From NCBI GenBank assembly GCA_964016885.1, contig OZ024747.1, forward strand, positions 27,962,001-28,026,000: a stretch of 64,000 nt of DNA, read 5' to 3'. The notes under the pieces are model-generated. The model saw nothing but the letters and a program-made list of their open reading frames with translations, was not told the DNA's origin and ran no database searches. Source of the DNA: Eledone cirrhosa (lineage: Eukaryota). The position numbers and the translations under genes were made by a program. Positions 30,001-42,564 of this stretch are shown one piece after another; within the stretch, counting starts at the first letter, position 1, and every line of letters begins with the position of its first letter.

Positions 30001-33000
30001 AGTGTATAGTCAGGATATTGGTGTACTGGGGTGTTGTGGGGTGTATAGTCAGGATATTGGTGGACTGGGAATGTTGTGGAGTGTATAGTCAGGATATTGG
30101 TGTACTGGGAATGTTGTGGAGTGTACAGTCAGGATATTGGTGTACTGGGGTGTTGTGGAGTGTATAGTCAGGATATTGGTGGACTGGGAATGTTGTGGAG
30201 TGTATAGTCAGGATATTGGTGTACTGGGGATGTTGTGGAGTGTATAGTCAGGATATTGGTGTACTGGGGATGTTGTGGAGTGTACAGTCAGGATATTGGT
30301 GTACTGGGGATGTTGTGGAGTGTATAGTTAGGATATTGGTGTACTGGGGATGTTGTGGAGTGTACAGTCAGGATATTGGTGTACTGGGGATGTTGTGGAG
30401 TGTATAGTCAGGATATTTGTGCAATGGGGATGTTGTGGAGTGTATAGTCAGGATATTGGTGTACTGGGGATGTTGTGGGGTGTATAGTCAGGATATTGGT
30501 GTACTGGGGATGTTGTGGGGTGTATAGTCAGGATATTGGTGTACTGGGGATGTTGTGGAGTGTATAGTCAGGATATTGGTGTACTGGGGATGTTGTGGGG
30601 TGTATAGTTAGGATATTGGTGTACTGGGGATGTTGTGGAGTGTATAGTTAGGATATTGGTGTACTGGGGATGTTGTGGAGTGTATAGTCAGGATATTGGT
30701 ATACTGGGGATGTTGTGGAGTGTATAGTCAGGATATTTGTGTACTGGGGATGTTGTGGAGTGTATAGTCAGGATATTGGTGTACTGGGGTGTTGTGGAGT
30801 GTATAGTCAGGATATTGTGGAGTGTATAGTCAGGATATTTGTGTACTGGGGATGTTGTGGAGTGTATAGTCAGGATATTGGTGTACTGGGGTGTTGTGGA
30901 GTGTATAGTCAGGATATTGGTGTACTGGGATATTGTGGAGTGTATAGTCAGGATATTGGTGTACTGGGATGTTGTGGAGTGTATAGTCAGGATATTGGTG
31001 TACTGGGATGTTGTGGAGTGTATAGTCAGGATATTGGTGTACTGGGATATTGTGGAGTGTATAGTCAGGATATTTGTGTACTGGGGATGTTGTGGAGTGT
31101 ATAGTCAGGATATTGGTGTACTGGAATGTTGTGGAGTGTATAGTCAGGATATTGGTGTACTGAGGATGTTGTGGAGTGTATAGTTAGGATATTGGTGTAC
31201 TGGGGATGTTGTGGAGTGTATAGTCAGGATATTGGTGTACTGGGATATTGTGGAGTGTATAGTCAGGATATTGGTGTACTGGGATGTTGTGGAGTGTATA
31301 GTCAGGATATTGGTGTACTGGGGATGTTGTGGAGTGTATAGTCAGGATATTGGTGTACTGGGATATTGTGGAGTGTATAGTCAGGATATTTGTGTACTGG
31401 GGATGTTGTGGAGTGTATAGTCAGGATATTGGTGTACTGGGATGTTGTGGAGTGTATAGTCAGGATATTGGTGTACTGGGGATGTTGTGGAGTGTATAGT
31501 CAGGATATTGGTGTACTGGGATATTGTGGAGTGTATAGTCAGGATATTTGTGTACTGGGGATGTTGTGGAGTGTATAGTCAGGATATTGGTGTACTGGGG
31601 ATGTTGTGTGGTGTATAGTCAGGATATTGGTGTACTGGGGATGTTGTGTGGTGTATAGTCAGGATATTGGTGTACTGGGGTGTTGTGGGGTGTATAGTCA
31701 GGATATTGGTGTACTGGGGATGTTGTGGAGTGTATAGTCAGGATATTGGTGTACTGGGGATGTTGTGGAGTGTATTGTCAGGATATTGGTGTACTGGGGT
31801 GTTGTGGAGTGTATAGTCAGGATATTGGTGTACTGGGGATGTTGTGGAGTGTATAGTCAGGATATTGGTGTACTGGGGTGTTGTGTGGTGTATAGTCAGG
31901 ATATTTGTGTACTGGGGATGTTGTGGAGTGTATAGTCAGGATATTGGTGTACTGGGGATGTTGTGGAGTGTATAGTCAGGATATTGGTGTACTGGGATAT
32001 TGTGGAGTGTATAGTCAGGATATTTGTGTACTGGGGATGTTGTGGAGTGTATAGTCAGGATATTGGTGTACTGGGATGTTGTGGAGTGTATAGTCAGGAT
32101 ATTGGTGTACTGGGGTGTTGTGGAGTGTATAGTCAGGATATTGGTGTACTGGGATGTTGTGGAGTGTATAGTCAGGATATTGGTGTACTGGGGATGTTGT
32201 GGAGTGTATAGTCAGGATATTGGTGTACTGGGATGTTGTGGAGTGTATAGTCAGGATATTGGTGTACTGGGATATTGTGGAGTGTATAGTCAGGATATTT
32301 GTGTACTGGGGATGTTGTGGAGTGTATAGTCAGGATATTGGTGTACTGGGATATTGTGGAGTGTATAGTCAGGATATTTGTGTACTGGGGATGTTGTGGA
32401 GTGTATAGTCAGGATATTGGTGTACTGGGGATGTTGTGGAGTGTATAGTCAGGATATTGGTGTACTGGGATATTGTGGAGTGTATAGTCAGGATATTGGT
32501 GTACTGGGGATGTTGTGGAGTGTATAGTCAGGATATTGGTGTACTGGGGATGTTGTGGAGTGTATAGTCAGGATATTGGTGTACTGGGATGTTGTGGAGT
32601 GTATAGTCAGGATATTGGTGTACTGGGGATGTTGTGGAGTGTATAGTCAGGATATTGGTGTACTGGGGATGTTGTGGAGTGTATAGTCAGGATATTGGTG
32701 TACTGGGATGTTGTGGAGTGTATAGTCAGGATATTTGTGTACTGGGGATGTTGTGGAGTGTATAGTCAGGATATTGGTGTACTGGGGATGGTGTGGAGTG
32801 TATAGTCAGGATATTGGTGTACTGGGGATGGTGTGGAGTGTATAGTCAGGATATTGGTGTACTGGGGATGGTGTGGAGTGTATAGTCAGGATATTGGTGG
32901 ACTGGGGATATTGTGGAGTGTATAGTCAGGATATTGGTGTACTGGGGATGTTGTGGAGTGTATAGTCAGGATATTGGTGTACTGGGGATGTTGTGGAGTG

Positions 33001-36000
33001 TATAGTCAGGATATTGGTGTACTGGGATGTTGTGGAGTGTATAGTCAGGATATTTGTGTACTGGGGATGTTGTGGAGTGTATAGTCAGGATATTGGTGTA
33101 CTGGGATGTTGTGGAGTGTATAGTCAGGATATTTGTGTACTGGGGATGTTGTGGAGTGTATAGTCAGGATATTGGTGTACTGGGGATGGTGTGGAGTGTA
33201 TAGTCAGGATATTGGTGGACTGGGGATATTGTGGAGTGTATAGTCAGGATATTGGTGTACTGGGGATGTTGTGGAGTGTATAGTCAGGATATTGGTGTAC
33301 TGGGGATGTTGTGGAGTGTATAGTCAGGATATTGGTGTACTGGGGATGTTGTGGAGTGTATAGTCAGGATATTGGTGTACTGGGGATGTTGTGGAGTGTA
33401 TAGTCAGGATATTGGTGTACTGGGATGTTGTGGAGTGTATAGTCAGGATATTGGTGTACTGGGGTGTTGTGGAGTGTATAGTCAGGATATTGGTGGACTG
33501 GGGATATTGTGGAGTGTATAGTCAGGATATTGGTGTACTGGGGATATTGTGGAGTGTATAGTCAGGATATTGGTGTACTGGGATGTTGTGGAGTGTATAG
33601 TCAGGATATTGGTGTACTGGGGATGTTGTGGAGTGTATAGTCAGGATATTGGTGTACTGGGGATGTTGTGGAGTGTATAGTCAGGATATTGGTGTACTGG
33701 GATGTTGTGGAGTGTATAGTCAGGATATTGGTGTACTGGGGTGTTGTGGAGTGTATAGTCAGGATATTGGTGTACTGGGATGTTGTGGAGTGTATAGTCA
33801 GGATATTGGTGTACTGGGATGTTGTGGAGTGTATAGTCAGGATATTGGTGTACTGGGGATGTTGTGGAGTGTATAGTCAGGATATTGGTGTACTGGGGAT
33901 GTTGTGGAGTGTATAGTCAGGATATTGGTGTACTGGGATGTTGTGGAGTGTATAGTCAGGATATTGGTGTACTGGGGTGTTGTGGAGTGTATAGTCAGGA
34001 TATTGGTGTACTGGGATATTGTGGAGTGTATAGTCAGGATATTGGTGGACTGGGGATATTGTGGAGTGTATAGTCAGGATATTGGTGTACTGGGTATATT
34101 GTGGAGTGTATAGTCAGGATATTGGTGTACTGGGATGTTGTGGAGTGTATAGTCAGGATATTGGTGTACTGGGGATGTTGTGGAGTGTATAGTCAGGATA
34201 TTGGTGTACTGGGATGTTGTGGAGTGTATAGTCAGGATATTGGTGTACTGGGGATGTTGTGGAGTGTATAGTCAGGATATTGGTGTACTGGGATGTTGTG
34301 GAGTGTATAGTCAGGATATTTGTGTACTGGGGATGTTGTGGAGTGTATAGTCAGGATATTGGTGTACTGGGGATGGTGTGGAGTGTATAGTCAGCATATT
34401 GGTGTACTGGGGATGGTGTGGAGTGTATAGTCAGGATATTGGTGTACTGGGGTGTTGTGGAGTGTATAGTCAGGATATTGGTGTACTGGGGATGTTGTGG
34501 AGTGTATAGTCAGGATATTGGTGCATTGGGGTGTTGTGGGGTGTATAGTCAGGATATTGGTGCACTGGGGATGTTGTGGAGTGTATAGTCAGGATATTGG
34601 TGTACTGGGATATTGTGGAGTGTATAGTCAGGATATTTGTGTACTGGGGATGTTGTGGAGTGTATAGTCAGGATATTGGTGTACTGGGATGTTGTGGAGT
34701 GTATAGTCAGGATATTTGTGTACTGGGGATGTTGTGGAGTGTATAGTCAGGATATTGGTGTACTGGGGATGGTGTGGAGTGTATAGTCAGGATATTGGTG
34801 TACTGGGGATATTGTGGAGTGTATAGTCAGGATATTGGTGTACTGGGGTGTTGTGGAGTGTATAGTCAGGATATTGGTGTACTGGGGATGTTGTGGAGTG
34901 TATAGTCAGGATATTGGTGTACTGGGATGTTGTGGAGTGTATAGTCAGGATATTTGTGTACTGGGGATGTTGTGGAGTGTATAGTCAGGATATTGGTGTA
35001 CTGGGATGTTGTGGAGTGTATAGTCAGGATATTTGTGTACTGGGGATGTTGTGGAGTGTATAGTCAGGATATTGGTGTATTGGGGATGGTGTGGAGTGTA
35101 TAGTCAGGATATTGGTGTACTGGGGATATTGTGGAGTGTATAGTCAGGATATTGGTGTACTGGGGTGTTGTGGAGTGTATAGTCAGGATATTGGTGTACT
35201 GGGGATGTTGTGGAGTGTATAGTCAGGATATTGGTGGACTGGGGATATTGTGGAGTGTATAGTCAGGATATTGGTGTACTGGGGATATTGTGGAGTGTAT
35301 AGTCAGGATATTGGTGTACTGGGATGTTGTGGAGTGTATAGTCAGGATATTTGTGTACTGGGGATGTTGTGGAGTGTATAGTCAGGATATTGGTGTACTG
35401 GGGATGTTGTGGAGTGTATAGTCAGGATATTGGTGTACTGGGATGTTGTGGAGTGTATAGTCAGGATATTGGTGTACTGGGGTGTTGTGGAGTGTATAGT
35501 CAGGATATTGGTGTACTGGGATGTTGTGGAGTGTATAGTCAGGATATTGGTGTACTGGGATGTTGTGGAGTGTATAGTCAGGATATTGGTGTACTGGGGA
35601 TGTTGTGGAGTGTATAGTCAGGATATTGGTGTACTGGGGATGTTGTGGAGTGTATAGTCAGGATATTGGTGTACTGGGATGTTGTGGAGTGTATAGTCAG
35701 GATATTGGTGTACTGGGGTGTTGTGGAGTGTATAGTCAGGATATTGGTGTACTGGGATATTGTGGAGTGTATAGTCAGGATATTGGTGGACTGGGGATAT
35801 TGTGGAGTGTATAGTCAGGATATTGGTGTACTGGGGATATTGTGGAGTGTATAGTCAGGATATTGGTGTACTGGGATGTTGTGGAGTGTATAGTCAGGAT
35901 ATTGGTGTACTGGGGATGTTGTGGAGTGTATAGTCAGGATATTGGTGTACTGGGATGTTGTGGAGTGTATAGTCAGGATATTGGTGTACTGGGGATGTTG

Positions 36001-38458
36001 TGGAGTGTATAGTCAGGATATTGGTGTACTGGGATGTTGTGGAGTGTATAGTCGGGATATTTGTGTACTGGGGATGTTGTGGAGTGTATAGTCAGGATAT
36101 TGGTGTACTGGGGATGGTGTGGAGTGTATAGTCAGGATATTGGTGTACTGGGGATGGTGTGGAGTGTATAGTCAGGATATTGGTGTACTGGGGTGTTGTG
36201 GAGTGTATAGTCAGGATATTGGTGTACTGGGGATGTTGTGGAGTGTATAGTCAGGATATTGGTGGACTGGGGATATTGTGGAGTGTATAGTCAGGATATT
36301 GGTGTACTGGGGATATTGTGGAGTGTATAGTCAGGATATTGGTGTACTGGGATGTTGTGGAGTGTATAGTCAGGATATTTGTGTACTGGGGATGTTGTGG
36401 AGTGTATAGTCAGGATATTGGTGTACTGGGGATGTTGTGGAGTGTATAGTCAGGATATTGGTGTACTGGGATGTTGTGGAGTGTATAGTCAGGATATTGG
36501 TGTACTGGGGTGTTGTGGAGTGTATAGTCAGGATATTGGTGTACTGGGATGTTGTGGAGTGTATAGTCAGGATATTGGTGTACTGGGATGTTGTGGAGTG
36601 TATAGTCAGGATATTGGTGTACTGGGGATGTTGTGGAGTGTATAGTCAGGATATTGGTGTACTGGGGATGTTGTGGAGTGTATAGTCAGGATATTGGTGT
36701 ACTGGGATGTTGTGGAGTGTATAGTCAGGATATTGGTGTACTGGGGTGTTGTGGAGTGTATAGTCAGGATATTGGTGTACTGGGATGTTGTGGAGTGTAT
36801 AGTCAGGATATTGGTGTACTGGGATGTTGTGGAGTGTATAGTCAGGATATTTGTGTACTGGGGATGTTGTGGAGTGTATAGTCAGGATATTGGTGTACTG
36901 GGGATGGTGTGGAGTGTATAGTCAGGATATTGGTGTACTGGGGATGGTGTGGAGTGTATAGTCAGGATATTGGTGTACTGGGGATGGTGTGGAGTGTATA
37001 GTCAGGATATTGGTGTACTGGGGTGTTGTGGAGTGTATAGTCAGGATATTGGTGTACTGGGGATGTTGTGGAGTGTATAGTCAGGATATTGGTGCATTGG
37101 GGTGTTGTGGGGTGTATAGTCAGGATATTGGTGCACTGGGGATGTTGTGGAGTGTATAGTCAGGATATTGGTGTACTGGGGATGGTGTGGAGTGTATAGT
37201 CAGGATATTGGTGTACTGGGGTGTTGTGGAGTGTATAGTCAGGATATTGGTGTACTGGGGATGTTGTGGAGTGTATAGTCAGGATATTGGTGTACTGGGG
37301 TGTTGTGTGGTGTATAGTCAGGATATTGGTGTACTGGGGATGTTGTGTGGTGTATAGTCAGGATATTGGTCTACTGGGGTGTTGTGGAGTGTATTGTCAG
37401 GATATTGGTGTACTGGGGATATTGTGGAGTGTACAGTCAGGATATTGGTGTACTGGGGTGTTGTGTGGTGTATAGTCAGGATATTGGTGTACTGGGGATG
37501 TTGTGGAGTGTATAGTCAGGATATTGGTGTATTGGGGATGTTGTGGAGTGTATAGTCAGGATATTGGTGTACTGGGATGTTGTGGAGTGTATAGTCAGGA
37601 TATTGGTGTACTGGGGATGTTGTGTGGTGTATAGTCAGGATATTGGTGTACTGGGGTGTTGTGGAGTGTATAGTCAGGATATTGGTGTACTGGGGATGTT
37701 GTGGAGTGTATAGTCAGGATATTGGTGTACTGGGGATGTTGTGGAGTGTATAGTCAGGATATTGGTGTACTGGGGTGTTGTGTGGTGTATAGTCAGGATA
37801 TTGGTGTACTGGGGTGTTGTGGTGTGTATAGTCAGGATATTGGTGTACTGGGGATGTTGTGTGGTGTACAGTCAGGATATTGGTGTACTGGGGTGTTGTG
37901 GAGTGTATAGTCAGGATATTGGTGTACTGGGGTGTTGTGGAGTGTATAGTCAGGATATTGGTGTACTGGGGTGTTGTGGAGTGTATAGTCAGGATATTGG
38001 TGTACTGGGGTGTTGTGGAGTGTATAGTCAGGATATTGGTGTACTGGGGTGTTGTGGAGTGTATAGTCAGGATATTGGTGTACTGGGGTGTTGTGTGGTG
38101 TATAGTCAGGATATTGGTGTACTGGGGATGTTGTGTGGTGTATAGTCAGGATATTGGTGTACTGGGGATGTTGTGTGGTGTATAGTCAGGATATTGGTGT
38201 ACTGGGGATGTTGTGGAGTGTATAGTCAGGATATTGGTGTACTGGGGATGTTGTGTGGTGTATAGTCACGATATTGGTGTACTGGGTATGTTGTGGAGTG
38301 TATAGTCAGGATATTGGTGTACTGGGAATGTTGTGGAGTGTATAGTCAGGATATTGGTGGACTGGGGATGTTGTGTGGTGTATAGTCAGGATATTGGTGT
38401 TGTGGAGTGTATAGCCAGGATATTGGTATACTGGGGATGTTGGCTGTACAGTCAAGGT
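1..38458. repeat. 39/40-bp tandem satellite array, >38 kb, open at the left window edge
   Basis: Consensus TCAGGATATTGGTGTACTGGGGATGTTGTGGAGTGTATAG repeated head-to-tail with no spacers (roughly 970 units by length). 39-bp variants lack one G or the A of GGGGA. Decays into unique sequence at ~38440-38458. Confidence 0.99.
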
Positions 38459-38736
38459 ACTATAGAACTGAGGTGAATGTGGGGAATACCATATTTTTAA
38501 TGAAAGATACTTAATGATTTTCAAATCATTATGAAAATAATTGAGAATTTGAATGAAATTAGTAATATAACTTTCTTAAGTTGATGTTTGAAGCATTTAA
38601 AAAGTTTTCTTACTTAATATTATGATGGGAGGTTTATATTTACATATGAACATATTAAAACAAACAGTTCTGTATTATAGAACGAAGGGCAGTTTGAGAA
38701 GGTTTTTTTAATATTTTCTTTTTGTTACTTTCCTAG

Positions 38737-38888
38737 GATTTTGGTTCAATTTTCTCATCGTTGCTTCCTGGCACAAACGCTAAATTAAATCCTCCTGAGG
38801 GTATGACTGTCCTTGATGGACTGGAGGTGAAAGTAGCTTTCGGAGATGTTTGGAAAGAATCTCTCAGTGAACTGAGTGGTGGACAGAG
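38737..38888 (+). CDS. SMC2: SMC2 (condensin ATPase) third-to-last exon, ABC signature motif
   Basis: Polypyrimidine tract + AG at 38735-36 and GT at 38889. Translates [50 protein letters not shown](R), the SMC2 C-terminal head with LSGGQ. Missed by the ORF track. Confidence 0.96.
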
Positions 38889-39245
38889 GTAAACAATCTG
38901 GATTTCTCACACACACACATATGAGGGTGGGCTAAAAAGTTCACACACACAGAAACAATAATGCACCCCACTCTCGAATGTCAGACCATTTGCCTATCAC
39001 CCCCAACCTTCCTAAAAAATTTTCCCAAACTGATGTTCCAACCTTTTCTATCTTCTGAACTCTCCATTTCTTGAAGAAAGACTTATGTTCAAAATGCCAA
39101 ACCCTCTTCCACTTCCTCCTAAGCGTGATACTAAGACTTTGTGTTTTTGCATTTCTTTTTTTTTTCTTGTCATTTCTTTAACTATATATATATGTGTGTG
39201 TGTATGTATATATATGTGCGTTTATATTTATGTGTCTGGTGTTAT

Positions 39246-39493
39246 TTAAGCCATTTCTTACCATATTTCTAATCTAAGACACTACCTATAATTTTGAAAT
39301 TATTAAAACATTTTGAGATGATTTAGTAATTTAACTAGCTTCCTAATTGTTAAGCCAGTGTTTGGAACAACAAAGGTTATTCATGTAGAATTATGAAGGA
39401 AAGTTTTTACATAAATGTAAATACTTTAAGATAAATGGCTTTGTATCATAAAACCAGGGGAAGCTTCAGGAAGTTTGGTATCAAAAGCATTAA
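39246..39493 (-). mobile_element. TTAA-flanked MITE (piggyBac-like termini), decayed copy in an SMC2 intron
   Basis: TTAA at 39246-49 and 39490-93 with degenerate inverted termini (GCCATTTCTTACCA ... TGGTATCAAAAGCA). The body is the reverse complement of the copies at 52284-52926 and 59428-60340. Confidence 0.6.
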
Positions 39494-39594
39494 TGTGTTC
39501 TTTTTTATATCTGCTTGTTTCATTTTCTGTCAACTAGAGAGAAATGCAAATTTTCAGGGTTTAATGTGAAATCTATTTTTACTTTATATTTTAG

Positions 39595-39742
39595 GTCCCT
39601 GGTAGCCCTCTCTCTGATCTTGGCCATGTTGTTATTTAAACCAGCCCCTATTTATATCCTTGATGAAGTTGATGCTGCCCTCGATTTGTCTCACACCCAA
39701 AATATTGGCCATATGATCAAAAACCACTTCAAACATTCACAG
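39595..39742 (+). CDS. SMC2: SMC2 penultimate exon, Walker B/D-loop
   Basis: AG at 39593-94 and GTAAGA at 39743. The phase-2 junction AG|G restores Arg. Translates [49 protein letters not shown]. Confidence 0.97.
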
Positions 39743-39787
39743 GTAAGAACTTTTTTTTTGTTTTGCTTTTTACATTGTAACACCTCC

Positions 39788-40080
39788 CTAGTGCTGGTGA
39801 TATAAAATATACTCAGTACACTCTGTAAAGTGCTGGAACATATGTGAGATTCAAGCTCATGATATGTCTGAAAGGTCAGTAACTCTGATGAAATGCTGAC
39901 TTGGTTTGTGACGACTTGTATCCCTGCACGTCACAAAACATGATTAAAAAGGCTGGCACCAGAAAAGGCATCTGGCTGTAAAATATTGCCTCAAAAAAGA
40001 GGCCATGCTGAGTATGAAGCCTGTTGGGGGACCTGCAAGGTTAACTAAATCCAGTTTTAGCAAGACAATGGCCTTAAAAT
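39788..40080 (+). mobile_element. Decayed SINE fragment (same family as 43540-43762)
   Basis: Shares CAGTACACTCTGTAAAGTG and a degenerate AAGGCATCTGGC motif with the 43540-43762 copy. Boundaries approximate. Confidence 0.4.
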
Positions 40081-40574
40081 ACTTGTATTAACCATTTTAT
40101 TAATAGTTCTGTCAGATCAAATGATTGTGTCTCGCTTATGCATTCCATTTTGGCATTGTTTGTACGACTGGATGCTCTTCCTAATGCCTGTGTACCAGGT
40201 GCATTTTATCATGACACTAACACTACCACTTTATAGTGTGGGCTGTGTATATATATATATAGCAGAGGTAAAGAAGATTGATTGTCTGTTTGGTTCATTT
40301 GCACCTGTATAGGTGTGAGCTGTAACTTTCATTTCAAAATAAATATATTTATTACAATTAATAGACACTTATAGTCTAACTGGTTGTGAGGCTATAAGTG
40401 TAAGCAAAATAGATATGTTTACTGCAATCAATAGAATTGTGTAGCCTAAGTGTCCATGGTGGCTATAAGTTAAAAGCTAATGATTTTCTCTTCATCTTGT
40501 TTCACTTTCATAAGATGTTAAACAACTGAGAGTATAAACTTTCCTAAAAAGAAGGTGCCAACTGCAGCTAGGAA

Positions 40575-40665
40575 GTCGGGATTAACTGTGCGATGGATTG
40601 GTGTCCTGTCTTGTAATCTCATTTGCTTAACACCAATGAAACCAAGATAAGCTCCTGCCTGATAA
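40575..40665 (+). mobile_element. Possible V-domain-like SINE remnant
   Basis: CTGTGCGATGGATTGGTGTCCTGTC...GAAACCAAGATAAGCTCCTGCCTGAT resembles, from memory, the conserved central domain of V-SINE-type elements. Confidence 0.3.
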
Positions 40666-40771
40666 TCTTGAAACAGGTTTTAATTATATATATATATATA
40701 TATATGGAAGTCTAGGTTAATGCTATGTTATGGTATTCATTATGTGTTGTTTTTTCTTTCTCTTTCCCTAG

Positions 40772-40882
40772 TTCATTGTGGTTTCTCTAAAAGATGGTAT
40801 GTTCAACAATGCCAATGTCCTGTTTAAAACCAAGTTTATTGATGGAGTGTCGACAGTGACCAGACATACACAGAATCAGTAA
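40772..40882 (+). CDS. SMC2: SMC2 final coding exon
   Basis: Long pyrimidine tract + AG at 40770-71. Translates [36 protein letters not shown] then TAA (40880-82), a typical SMC2 C-terminus. Confidence 0.97.
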   Translation, partial: FIVVSLKDGMFNNANVLFKTKFIDGVSTVTRHTQNQ

Positions 40883-40930
40883 TCATTATCACATTCCAGT
40901 AAAAAACACGAGACGGACACTTGAGTGAGA

Positions 40931-41030
40931 ACCACTCAGTATCTTCACACTCCAGTAAACACCACTCAGTATCATCACACCCCAGTAAACATCTCTCAAC
41001 ATCATCACACTCTTGTAAACATCACTCAAC
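40931..41030 (+). repeat. 30-bp minisatellite (~3.3 copies) in the SMC2 3' UTR
   Basis: Units at 40931, 40961, 40991 and 41021, consensus ACCACTCAGTATCATCACACTCCAGTAAAC. Confidence 0.85.
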
Positions 41031-41509
41031 AGAGAAGAAGCCATTCACTTGACATGTTTCACTCTCATTGTCTTCATCATGTTTCGATTTTAAAAAATCA
41101 GTTCAACTGCCCTACTCCCCTACTTATGTATATTAACACACACCAAATGTTGCTGAAATTAGATAATGAAGCCAAAAGAGAAACAGTCAAGGGTGGTGGT
41201 GTATTTTTCCTTGGTCGAAACACTTAACTGTATAATGATGTAGTGACATTCATGCCTGTTTTACATATAATGAACATTAGTTTGTCTTCCTAAACATCAT
41301 ATCCTCCTTATATTCACGTTGCCTTAAAACACCAGAAACTCCTGTGAAAAGTCAACTGACCACTGAAGCTGTAAAGTAACAGTTGCATTGACTACAGTGG
41401 TTAGTAATGGCCAGGACCTTTATATTTCAACTGATTATCTTTATATATTTTTGTTATTTGATCTTCTTTCACCCTCAATCACTCTCTCGCCTCTTTTGTG
41501 TATATGTAG

Positions 41510-41597
41510 AATAAATGGTACACCTGTGTGAGTGTGTTAGTGTATGTGTGCATGCAAGATGTTGAGATAGTAACGTTTTAACCACAACTACAATAAA
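41510..41597 (+). promoter_or_regulatory. Candidate SMC2 polyadenylation signals
   Basis: AATAAA at 41510-15 and 41592-97, followed by GT/T-rich sequence. Confidence 0.5.
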
Positions 41598-41907
41598 TAT
41601 TTTTTCAATTTCTGTTCAGTTGATCTAAACATAAAATCAACCACAATGATTCTCACTTCGTCTATTTTCTTCTAGAATATCTATGCTGGTGATTATGAAT
41701 TGTGTTTTAAATATTTGACTTTTTTATATTTTTTAATTGAATGAAATATCTTCATTGTAATCATCTTCATATATATTAAGTGTTCACTCTCTCATTAACT
41801 ACACATTACACTGCTAAACTCTGTCTTGTTAACCTTTAGATAACAACTCAAACACATTACACTAATGCTATACTTCATTGTTCTGTTTATAATGTTCACA
41901 CACATAC

Positions 41908-42420
41908 ATCATCCTCATCACTGTTTTACATCCGCTTATCATTGCTTACATGAGTCAGATGGGTTCTTTCCTGCACAGCATTTCTACAATCGTTTTGGTC
42001 CTTCTCCTCTGTGAGATCAGGTCTTCCTTGGTTTCCCTGTACCACAGCTTCCTTCCACTAGGATTTCTTGGCACTTCTTCACCCTATGCTCATCATCCAT
42101 AAGCATCACATTGCCATACCAGCAGTCTTTTCTCCTGCACACTACATCTAATTCATCTTATATCCACCCTCTCTTAGCTCCTCTATGCTTTGCCTTTCAC
42201 GCATGCTTGCTTCATTTCCCTCCAGCCATCCTCAGACACATGCATCATATAGCCGGCCTTCCTTTTGTAGAAAGAAACCTTTTGCTGTCAACAGAGGTAG
42301 TAGTTCAATTTTTTTTCCATCCTGTTCTTACTATAGTTATACTCTTAGTGCAGCCTCCTCCCTCACTAATTTTATCACCTAGATAGTAGATGCTATCAAC
42401 CACATTTATGGAACCTTCTT
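41908..42420 (-). mobile_element. Decayed RTE-type LINE 3' fragment
   Basis: (CAT)n-like tail at ~41908-41921 and a tail motif shared with 57108-57180. The minus strand shows degenerate remnants of the RTE C-terminal R-L-x-W-x-G-H region. Left end set by the tail; right end approximate. Confidence 0.5.
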
Positions 42421-42564
42421 AGGATTAAAAAAGTGTTTATTTTACGCGTATATTTACTATTAATTATCCCTGTGCATCTGCCACATACAACGTTTACCTT
42501 TTCTGTTAGTCTGCTGTCTATTTTACCACTACAGCATATATATTTTTCTCAAAAGATTTGTTTC

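Noticed and set aside
1-38458. CRISPR array interpretation of the ~40-bp periodicity
   Set aside because: No unique spacers, no cas genes, and a spliced eukaryotic context.
1-38458. Telomeric array or recursive-splicing ratchet sites
   Set aside because: G/T-rich but not TTAGGG-based. The consensus has no AG|GT and no polypyrimidine tract.
467-38524. Dozens of Cys/Val/Gly-rich ORFs (VECIVRILVYW, GCCGVYSQDI)
   Set aside because: Translation artefacts of the satellite. They mostly use non-ATG starts, and their lengths depend on the 39/40-bp phase.
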